Below, piece by piece: positions 21,501 through 30,800 of a stretch of DNA of 64,000 nucleotides (positions are counted from its first letter, which is position 1; the number at the start of each line of letters is the position of its first letter). The notes below the pieces were generated by a model. It had not been told where the DNA came from. It did not search any database and worked only from the letters and a program-made list of their open reading frames with translations. The stretch lies in the IMG/VR virus record IMGVR_UViG_3300024348_000007; one strand, given 5' to 3'. The position numbers and the translations under genes were made by a program. This DNA comes from a virus.

Positions 21501-22365
21501 TACATCTTTCTTTATCCATCCAGGTGGTACAGATTCATACATTAAAGCTTTAGATGTTCAAGATAACTTTAGAGCAGGTGATGTCTTAGTTAATTCAAGA
21601 ACTATTTCAACTGCTGTTGGAACTGGCGACTTAATACTTAATGCAGATTCTAATGAGATTTCAGTAGCTTCAAATAAGATTACTAATCTAGCAGATCCTA
21701 CAAGTACACAAGATGCAGCTACTAAAGCGTATGTTGATAGTGTTGCACAAGGTTTAAGAGTTATTCCAGCAGCGAAAGCCTCGACAACAGCAGATCTTGG
21801 AGCTACTTACGCATTTAATGCTGGAGCAAGCACATTATCTATTAACGCTGGAGCAATACTAGATATTGACGGAGTATTAACTTGGTCTTTAGGTGATAGA
21901 GTTCTTGTAAAAGATCAAACAAATGCTGATGAAAATGGTTCTTATGAACTTACATCACTTGGCGATATATCTAATCCTTTTGTATTAACAAGAGGAGAAT
22001 ATTTTAATGAAACTTCAGAAATACCTGGCTCATTCCAATTTATAACTGATGGTAGTGTAAACGCAAGTTCAGGTTATGTAGCAACTGTATTAGATGCAGA
22101 AACATTTGTTCTTGGTACAGACGATATCGTATTTTACCAATTCTCAGGTGCTGGCACTTATACTGCTGGAAATCAATTAACATTAACTGGTAACGAATTT
22201 TCTGTTACTAATCCTCAAATCACTATTATTGGTGAAGTTGGAGCAAATCAAGATATATTATTAGGTGGAACACTTGAATTTGAAGGTACCGATGGCGTAA
22301 ATACGACCATCTCTGCTGGAAAAGTTTCCATTGCTGTTGATGAAATAGATGGCGGAAGTTTTTAA
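18514..22365 (+). CDS. tail fibre / virion structural protein (1283 aa, GTG start)
   Basis: GGAGG SD before GTG. Duplicated modules: PKGTxxERP...RFN...FEGYDGxAW (x2), DATNKRYVD/DAATKAYVD, LVKDQTxAxENGSY (x2). Ends with IDGGSF, typical of fibre proteins. Confidence 0.75.
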   Translation: MSIKVKVGQSQKIRIVASAEKKPLITPDSITLGIDTVGQYVAKIDAGSGIIVTPELNVENANLVISHAATSTELSSNNAGLEFAGNIDIDQYGHITQFTNRSFSNTNFSYANTVISTNDITLGTTALTLGETSNNIIGLTTFEAGGVELFDRTFTANGNISFEPGSNNVIDMGFSRITGLATPIDGFDAVNKTWLEFELDRVETSIKVFDDPILPSDATNKRYVDNLVTGFVVRPQALAATTADLGATFEEGNTSVRDTLTIPPVNFLYIDDVTTWTLGANLLVKDQTDASENGSYNVKQIGSANTAWIFERADFSTNTELPGSYEFVTDGTINGGTGWVATVLDASNFNLNTDPIEWAQFQGEGTFTAGSGLNLNGTQFSVSQTLSLDQINPVGDDLIVGGTSALRLPKGTVAERPNAQAGQIRFNSQDNQFEGYDGVAWAGLGGTVDVDQDTKVVAENSPGSDDDQLQFFTGGTLAAMMNANNVATFYGDVNINALGSTLSPKTPGAINLGASNFNYDKVFTSKIGSDDQLVRIDTTGALVMPKGTTLERPVGIVGGLRYNIDDARFEGYDGTAWAGLAGSVMDLDRNTYIIAETSAGVDNNDLDFYTANTHRMQIDQDGNLNFGQSLNKIILNYSTGNLIVNSEIGSASDLVLNPTGNIDAANNTITNVADPVNLSDVVTLNYLGGSFSSKLEIQDNANNYLTDIDLLQDPKLKIGRGLELQSIDSANNEFEIGIDVSGVQPGMYGVDNFTPRIRINEEGRIDFATDIPLELQANAIPNFTETSRDIIGLMFTDGNANNEGIIAVNDDANDVMNLKAANFNISLAGDLFGQAQVTRLSNTQIDATITADYIRDIVPSGPNSGITVSGANGASANASIEIDYNHLDTVYAELDGATFSGNVFAPRYYDSDNNNYFGDFGGETRLNQLRVGFGLTTSQISFADGVGSQSTLYAGNGRIGFLNNTFNFAAYSEKTTSNWVVENGDVLAERFVDADSTSFFIHPGGTDSYIKALDVQDNFRAGDVLVNSRTISTAVGTGDLILNADSNEISVASNKITNLADPTSTQDAATKAYVDSVAQGLRVIPAAKASTTADLGATYAFNAGASTLSINAGAILDIDGVLTWSLGDRVLVKDQTNADENGSYELTSLGDISNPFVLTRGEYFNETSEIPGSFQFITDGSVNASSGYVATVLDAETFVLGTDDIVFYQFSGAGTYTAGNQLTLTGNEFSVTNPQITIIGEVGANQDILLGGTLEFEGTDGVNTTISAGKVSIAVDEIDGGSF

Positions 22366-22422
22366 CTAAGCCATATTATTATCTTATAGGCTATATAGCT
22401 ATTATACAGAAGGGGCATAAAT

Positions 22423-24810
22423 ATGTCAACAATTAAATTACGCCGAAGTGCCGTAGCCGGTAGAATACCTACTATTGCACAATTAGATTTAGGCGAATTA
22501 GCCATCAACACGAATGATGGTAAACTTTATTTTAAAAGACTTGATGTTGCTGCAAATACAGAAACTATTGTTGATGTTTCTGCCGATTTAGATGCTAACG
22601 CTATTCTCACATTACTTAAAACAGTTGATGGCTCAGGCTCTGGCCTTGATGCTGACCTGTTAGATGGACAGTCTGGAGATTATTATCTAGACTATACTAA
22701 CTTTACAAACGTTCCGCCTGCAACTTTAGATTTAACTTTAAGCGGAAAAGTAACTGGTAACGCTTTTTCAAATACTGGCGTAATGACTCTTGTTACAGAG
22801 TTAGCCAATACCGCAGTTACAGCTGGTTCTTACGGTTCTGCCTCACAAATTCCGGTATTTACTGTTGATGAAGATGGTCGATTAACAGCAGCAAGTACAA
22901 CAGCAGTTGCGGGTGTTGATGATTTTGTTTGGAATACAGCCAATAATACTTTGCAAATTGATACGGGAGATGGCTCCTCATTCTTTGCAGATATATCAGA
23001 TTTTGGCGATCCAGTAAATATTAATACTACTTCTACCGTTTATTCAGATTCGTTTGATTTATTATCTAATAACCCTCTTACTTTTGGTTACAATTCTGGC
23101 GCTTTACCTCAATCTGTTTTAGGACCGACAAGAGATGACACTGCAGGTAACTCAGCTTTAGGAATTAGATTATATAATTATGGAACAGAATCTACCGGAG
23201 ATTTCGCAATTATCGGTAAATCAAACGCGTCTGGATCTGCAGAGCAATTATTTAGAGTTAATTGGGATGGATCTTCTGTAGACTTAGCTGCACCTAAATT
23301 AAAATTAGGTGATACATCAAACAACTCTGTATCTTCAACCATCGAAAGTTCTGGTGTGCTAGTATTAGATCCAGCACCGACCGGTGGAAATGTTGCTGGT
23401 GCTGTAAGAGTTAAAGGTGATCTACATGTTGATGGAAACTTTATACAAGATTTAACTGTTACCTTGACAGGAGACGTTACTGGTACTGTAACTTCTAACA
23501 ATACCATTATGTCTCTAGTCACTGATATATCTTCGAGTGGTGTTACTGCAGGACAATATGGTTCTGCTACGGCAATCCCGGTTATTACTGTTGCGGATGA
23601 TGGACGTATTACTCTTGCTTCTACAACTTCAGTTGCAGGCGTTGATGACTTTACTTATGATTCAGCAAATAATAGTTTAGTTCTTCAAACTGGAGACGGA
23701 TCATTCTATATAGCTCCTATTACAACGTTTGGATTAAATACAGATTTTAGCGCAGGTATAGATGTTACAGGTAATATCACTGTTACTGGAACTGTTGATG
23801 GTAGAGATGTTTCCACAGACGGGGCTAAACTCGATTTAATCGAAAATAATGCTACCGCAGATCAAACAGCTTCAGAAATATTAACCGCGATTAAAACAGT
23901 AGATGGATCAGGAACAGGACTTGATGCAGATTTATTAGATGGTTTACACGCTTCTGATATTCTTTCTCAAGCCGCTAATACAGCTTCGCAGTCAGTAGGT
24001 AACGGAGAAGTTGCTATTACTGCGAATACAGGATTAACCGGTTCAGGAACATTTAACCTTAATGATTCAACTGATCTTGCTATTAATATTCAGCACGCCG
24101 ACACATCAAGCGTTGTCGATGTTTCTTTAGCATCAGGCCGAGCACTTACTGGCTTAACATTTGATACATTCGGTCATGTACAAACACATTCAAATACAGA
24201 CTTTGACGATCGTTACTATACAGAAACAGAATTAGACGCAGGGCAATTAGATAATCGTTATTATACTGAAAGCGAAATAGATGGTGGTCTATTAGACAGC
24301 AGATATTATACTGAAACAGAATTAGACGCTGGTCAATTAGATAATCGTTATTATACAGAAACAGAATTAGACGCTGGTCAACTTGATAACAGATATTATA
24401 CTGAAACTGAAGCAGATGCAAGATTTGTTAATGTTACAGGCGATACAATTACTGGAAACTTAGATGTTCAAGGTAACTTAGGATTAAATTACTCTACATT
24501 TGTATCAGCTCAAGTAACTACGACGACTACGGCAGCTACAACTCTATACGCGTTTCCTACTGCAAACTTTGGGTCTGCTGAACTTGTAGTATCTGCCACA
24601 TCTGGCGGTAATAGACATACTACAAAATTATTGATAACTCATGATGGGTCAACTGCAATTGCTACAGAATACGCTACGATATTTACAAATGCAGAGATTG
24701 GAACTTACGATGTAACTGTAACAGGCGGAACTTTAGTTACGGTACAAGTAACTTCTGCAAATGCTAACTCTACGACATATACAGTAGCTGGACAGCTTTT
24801 GAAAGTCTAG
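22423..24810 (+). CDS. tail fibre protein (795 aa)
   Basis: N-terminal IKLRRS...P...L..GELAINT.DGKL fibre-attachment motif. GxGLDADLLDG repeats, VTAGxYGSA repeats and a tandem RYYTETELDAGQLDN repeat. Confidence 0.8.
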   Translation: MSTIKLRRSAVAGRIPTIAQLDLGELAINTNDGKLYFKRLDVAANTETIVDVSADLDANAILTLLKTVDGSGSGLDADLLDGQSGDYYLDYTNFTNVPPATLDLTLSGKVTGNAFSNTGVMTLVTELANTAVTAGSYGSASQIPVFTVDEDGRLTAASTTAVAGVDDFVWNTANNTLQIDTGDGSSFFADISDFGDPVNINTTSTVYSDSFDLLSNNPLTFGYNSGALPQSVLGPTRDDTAGNSALGIRLYNYGTESTGDFAIIGKSNASGSAEQLFRVNWDGSSVDLAAPKLKLGDTSNNSVSSTIESSGVLVLDPAPTGGNVAGAVRVKGDLHVDGNFIQDLTVTLTGDVTGTVTSNNTIMSLVTDISSSGVTAGQYGSATAIPVITVADDGRITLASTTSVAGVDDFTYDSANNSLVLQTGDGSFYIAPITTFGLNTDFSAGIDVTGNITVTGTVDGRDVSTDGAKLDLIENNATADQTASEILTAIKTVDGSGTGLDADLLDGLHASDILSQAANTASQSVGNGEVAITANTGLTGSGTFNLNDSTDLAINIQHADTSSVVDVSLASGRALTGLTFDTFGHVQTHSNTDFDDRYYTETELDAGQLDNRYYTESEIDGGLLDSRYYTETELDAGQLDNRYYTETELDAGQLDNRYYTETEADARFVNVTGDTITGNLDVQGNLGLNYSTFVSAQVTTTTTAATTLYAFPTANFGSAELVVSATSGGNRHTTKLLITHDGSTAIATEYATIFTNAEIGTYDVTVTGGTLVTVQVTSANANSTTYTVAGQLLKV
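24211..24420 (+). repeat. in-frame 45-bp tandem repeat (~4.7 copies) encoding RYYTETELDAGQLDN
   Basis: Units start at 24211, 24256, 24301, 24346 and 24391, with synonymous divergence between copies. Confidence 0.9.
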
Positions 24811-24816
24811 TTTCAT

Positions 24817-24824
24817 TATAAATA
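24817..24824 (+). promoter_or_regulatory. T4-type late promoter TATAAATA
   Basis: Exact consensus, intergenic, upstream of the long tail fibre gene. Confidence 0.8.
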
Positions 24825-24862
24825 AAAGAAAAATAGAAGCCTAACTGGGGAGAGTGAACCGA

Positions 24863-27800
24863 ATGGCAAATGATAAAAAATTCATAGTAAAGAACGGACT
24901 TCAATCTGAGAATAACGTTCTTGTCGGTACTACAACAGATGACGGCGTAAATAAATTACAAGTATCAGGTACAACTAAGCTTATAAACTCAGGCTCATCG
25001 GTTCCAATTACTATTGAGAACACGGGCGGTATTAATACTCCTTTAATAAATTTTGAAGGTGGTGTAGGCGCGCTACAAGTTAAAAACACGGGTAGCGGAG
25101 ACTATAGTATTCTCAATACCTCAGGCGCTAACGAAATAAAATTTAATGATAATACTGCAAATGGTTTGGTATTCATTGCTGGCAATACAGATCAGCTTAA
25201 AATCAATACTACTGTAGCAGATTTCACTAATGTTCCTTCTATTAATGGTGTACCAGTTTGGTATAGCGGTAACGATGGAGCAGGATCTGGTCTTGATGCC
25301 GACTTATTAGACGGTCTTAATTCAATACAATTCCTGCGTAGCGATGAAAACGATACTTTTGACGGTGACTTAGTTATAACTGGTGATCTTACTGTACAAG
25401 GTACTCGTACTGAAATAATTTCAGAAACAGTTTTAATTGCTGATAATATCATTACACTTAATAGTAATTTCACAGCATCTAATCCTACAGAAAATGCAGG
25501 TATAGAAGTAGAACGTGGTACTTTAACTAATTCAATTTTTCAATGGAACGAAACTATGGACTGGTGGGAACTTAATTCTGCTGGTACAAGTTTAGGACGT
25601 ATTATTACAACAGCCGATGAAGGTTCAGGCAACGGGTTTGATGCGGATACAGTTGATGGTTTACAAGCTTCACAATTTATTCGTTCTGATGTTAATGACG
25701 TCGCAACTGGTAATTTAGAATTTGAAGGCACAGTTGCTATTGGTAACGAGGCTGGTTCCGCATTACTCACAATGCGAGGTGCTGGTACTAACAGAGTTCT
25801 TTCTTCTGATAACGGAAAGATAGGTTTCTTAGATACAGGCTTTGCTTATAATACATATTCTGATGCTAACTACAATTGGCATGTAGGGAACGATGTTATT
25901 GCTAAAAGATTACTTGATGCAGATGATAACAGCTATCTAGTCGATCCTGCGGGAGAGTCTCAACTAAATGATGTCGTATTAGTAGGTGAACTTTACGGCC
26001 ATGACGGTACTGCAAAAGATGGTAGCACATATATCGATCTTCAAAACAACGGTACAACTGGATTAATTTATTTTAACGTTGATGGCGCTGGGTTACACAC
26101 CACTTTATCAAAAGATCAGATGTTTGTAAACAAAAAAGTTGTTGCACCAAGATTTGAAGATAGCAACGATAACGGATATTATGTAGTACCTAGTAGTGTA
26201 TCAAGACTTAGCCAAATTCAAATAGATGATTATATCATACACAAAGGTGATACAAATACTTACTTTGGTTTTGACACAGATGATAGTTATAAATTGTACA
26301 TTAACGGTGTTCAACAACTCGCAATGTCAGCAAGCTCTGCCGTATTTACTAATGATGTTGAAGCGGCTAGATTTGTAGATTCAGATAACAATAGCTATTT
26401 TCTTGATCCAGCTAGTGCCTCTACTTTAAATACAATTGGTATTGACTCAGATCTTTTCCATAACGGTGATACCGATACTAAACTTTCATTCGGTACAAAT
26501 CAAATTGATTTCAATACTGGCGGTACACAAAGACTTTCTATAGCAAACGCAGCATCAACCTTCAGTCACAGTGTAATTGCTCCCAACGTTTACATAGACG
26601 ATTACATATATCATACAGGAGACACGCCTGCAAATACAACTTATTTTGGTTTTTCTGCAGATGATAATTTTGGCGTAGTATTAGGAGGTAATGGTGCACT
26701 TTTACTTACGCCTACCGCTACAACTTCTATTGCTTACATATATGCGCCTCGCTTTGTTGACACAGATAATAGTGCTAGATATTTAGATCCTAGTGCTACT
26801 TCACCTTTGAATAACATTTCTTTAGATGGTGTTTTACAAAACTTAAACGATCCAGATACATATTTAACATTTGCTTCGGATGCGGTTCAGTTTTATACTG
26901 GTAATACATTAAGAGCTTTTATTAATAATTCTTATCTTGAAACTACGGTTTCTGTAAGATCTCCAGTATATTATGGCACAAGCCAAATAGTTGATTTCTT
27001 AGATCTCGATGCAGGAGCTGGTTCTGACGCTTTAAGAGTTAGAGGTAGACTTAACATCGGTGGCGGTACTGATGTTGAAAGATTTAACGATACTACAGGA
27101 AATGGTGGTATTACTATTTCTGGTTATGCAGGTATGGGTGGAACAACTAATCCATCAATTCAAGTATCTGGTGCAAACGGCGCAAGATCTCTTTTATCTC
27201 TTAACAAGATTGATATTGGTGGAAACCCCTATTCTTCTAAAAATAACTACTTTGCAGAATTCTTAACTGATGGTGCAGCAGCTTTCTCAATCAGAGGCGA
27301 CAATTCTAAAAACGCTTATTTTATTGCAGACGCAGATCAAAAAATGGTGTTTATGGATAGTGGAGCCAATACAAGATTGGCTATGGATGAGTTAGGCAAC
27401 ACTATTATCGGTAACGACTCTATAAGTTTTACTCAAGGATCACATACACCAGTACTTGCTTCTGGAGCAAAAACAGATGGTAAACTACACGTTGACGGTT
27501 CCATTCATATAAACGGTGCAGACGATGCGTTGGTTATTGGTGGTACTACATCTACTTTCTTAAGAGATGACGAACTAGGATTTGGTTCAGGCGGTGGTTT
27601 CTATATGAACGATACTACCAATCTTAGAGTTAGAAATAATAAGTTACTAACATCAACGGGTAATGCTTCATTCGCTCAATATCTAGATGCTAATGATGTT
27701 TTATTCTATGGTGACTTTGCTAGTACATCACGAATGAATAACATAAGCCTTGTCGGTGAAGTTATACACGACGGAGATACTAATACTAAAATTGGTTTTG

Positions 27801-30800
27801 GCACAGATCAAATTATTTTTACTGCCGGTGGAACTGCACAGCTTAATGTATATACAACATATGCGCAAGCTACTACAGATATGCGATCCCCAATATTCTC
27901 TGATGCTGGTGGAACTTTTAAATTTGAGCCTAACACGAGCTCAGCTCACAGATTTACAACTCCTACCGGTTGGTTAGAAATCGGTTCTAAAGTTGCAGGT
28001 TCAACCGCATTCGATACAGATAGAGCTTTATTCACTTTCAATAAACGAGTAAATTTTGACGGCGGAATTTCTGCGGCTGACACAAACGATGACGCGTATT
28101 TTAATCGCTATTACGATTATGGAGATAATAACTATTATATAGATGCGGCTGGAGATTCACAATTAAATACTATTGACATTGACGACTTTATCAGACATCG
28201 TGGAGATACAGGAACTTATATGGGTTTCTCTGCTGCAGCAACTTATAAAGTAGTCATAGTAGGTACTGAAAGATTAAATATTGACGGAAACTCTGCTGAT
28301 TTTAATGTTGATGTTTATGCTCCTCGTTATTATGATTCTAATAATACAAACTATTACGTAGATCCTGGATCTACATCTATTGTTAATAATCTTAGAACAA
28401 ATCAAATCCAAATGGATGGTTCTTCTCTAATTATCGACTCACCATCTGGTCCTAAAGGTACCATAATGGTTACGGGTGAAAGAGATAGTTACGCTGGTTA
28501 TATGATTGATAACGACTGGGGCTTTATATCTAGTGGTGCTACAGAAATGGGTCTGTATAACGAGACAGATAACGAATGGTCATTACTCGCCAATAGAAAT
28601 AACTTCACAAGATTATATTCTAACAACATCCATCAAATTGGTGCAGAAAATGGTTACGGTTACGCTCCTAACAGAATGAGAGCGCCAATATTTGAAGACT
28701 CAAACGACACGGCATTCTATGCCGATCTGGCTGGTCAATCACGATTAAAATCTGTTAAGGCTGGCGATAGTGCAATCTATAATAATACAACTTATCCATT
28801 AGAAGTTAAGTCTTCACAAGAACGCATGATCGTTATGCAAAATACATCTGCTGACACTAACTTTCCATCAATTTTACATAATACTAGAAACTCTCGCGCT
28901 ACTATGGCGTTATCATTTAACAACATTGGTGAGCGTTTTTGGTTTGAAGAAAATGGTAATATACAAGCATACGGCGCAGGTATCTTTGGATCTCTTGCAC
29001 TTAACGGCGGTAATGAAGATCTTGGTCTTCTGAAAACTTATGGATCAGGACTTGCCGATCTTAAAATGTTTGATGCTTCAGACTATTGGGATAAGCGAGT
29101 TATTCAGCCGATGCAAGGTTCTGAAAACAGTGCTACATCTAGTACAGGCGAATATGTTAAAAACGGAAATGGTCCATTTGCATCAAGTTATGCTCTAAGA
29201 ACTGCGGGTTACAGAGATTTCGACTCTGATTATATTCCAGTTCAACCTGGAGAAACAATCTACGTTGAACAAGCTGTAAGAAATATTAGTGGTTCTGGCG
29301 GTTTATTTTATCTTGGTGTTAGAAGATACGATAAAGACAAAAACCCGATTGCGTCTAACGATGGTATTGTATACTTCGGAGCAAGCGCTATTAATAATAC
29401 TTCTACTTCTTGGACGGAATACAAAGGTACTCATACTCTTCCAACATCTCATACACCGTATAACGGTTCTGACGGAGAAGGTGTTCGCTATGTAAGAGTT
29501 ATTTCTCTTATGAATTATAGCGCAGGTGGTGCTACACGCGAATTTGGTCCTCCAATTTTAAAACGTACTAACGTACAATCTGATTTAGTTACTCCAAATC
29601 TTACAGTTGAAGTCGATTTAACGGTAGGTGGAAACGCAACAATTACCGGTGATTTAACAGTTGATGATATTACAGCAGATGTTATTACCGCAAATAGATT
29701 TGCAGATCGTGGTAATACTGCTTATTATGTTGAGCCATTAACTGGCGCTAAAGTTGCTGGTTCTTGGGATTGGACAAACGGTTCTATCAACAATCTAAAC
29801 AACTTAACATTTAACGATCCAGGTCCTAATGAAGGTATTAAATGGAACGGTGGTAATCTATGGCAGATTTATGAGTCACCAAATGACTTAGCAACTAATA
29901 CAGGTGGTAATTTACAATTTACTTCTGGTGCAAATCAAGGCTCGATGAGACTTAGAGTTGATACTTCTGGTGATGTATACGCTGGACGTTATCATAGAGC
30001 ACAACGTTTTTATGATACTAACAATGCTGCTTACTACGCAGATCCTGCTTCAACATCTGTACTTAATCAAGTATATATTAATGAATATCTCCGCCACAGT
30101 GGTGATACAGATACTTATTTAAGATTTATAGGTGCAGACGATATGCAGCTTGTTGCTGGTGGTCGTCAAATGCTTCGTATGGGTGAAGGTACAGATCCTG
30201 ATAGATTACGATTTGTTACAGATAGTAACTGGACAGACTCTAACGGTGACTGGGCAATGTCTCGTAATGTTGTTGTACAAGGTACACATACCGCTGTAAA
30301 CAGTTCATACGCGCCAATATTCTACGATTATGATGATAATGCTTATTATGGTAATTTTGCTGGCACATCTTTAATGAATATTGTTAGGGCAAATCGGTTT
30401 GAAGTAGATGGTTCTACAAGATATATCGACGGCATATCAGGTCAATACGGTACTATTAGAGTAACGGGTAACACAAACGGTTATGCTGGTTACGCGATTA
30501 ACGATGACTGGGTGTTCATGTCAAGTGGCGCTGGAATGTCAGGCATTTATAACGATACGAATAACGAATGGTCTGCTCAATTCCTACAGAATAGTGATGT
30601 TAAACTTTATCATAACGGTGGAGAGAAATTCAGCACGAACTCTGGTGGCGCTACAATTTATGGCAGACTAATAGCTGATTACATGGCAGATAGAAATAAT
30701 ACAGCGTATACTGTTAACCCTGCTGGCACATCAAGGTTCTTAGATTTAGACGTTGATAACCCTATCGGTGGAAATATCGCTGGGTATTCTGAGAACTTAT

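Noticed and set aside
24211-24420. Possible CRISPR-like array
   Set aside because: Contiguous in-frame coding repeats with synonymous variation, no unique spacers and no cas genes.
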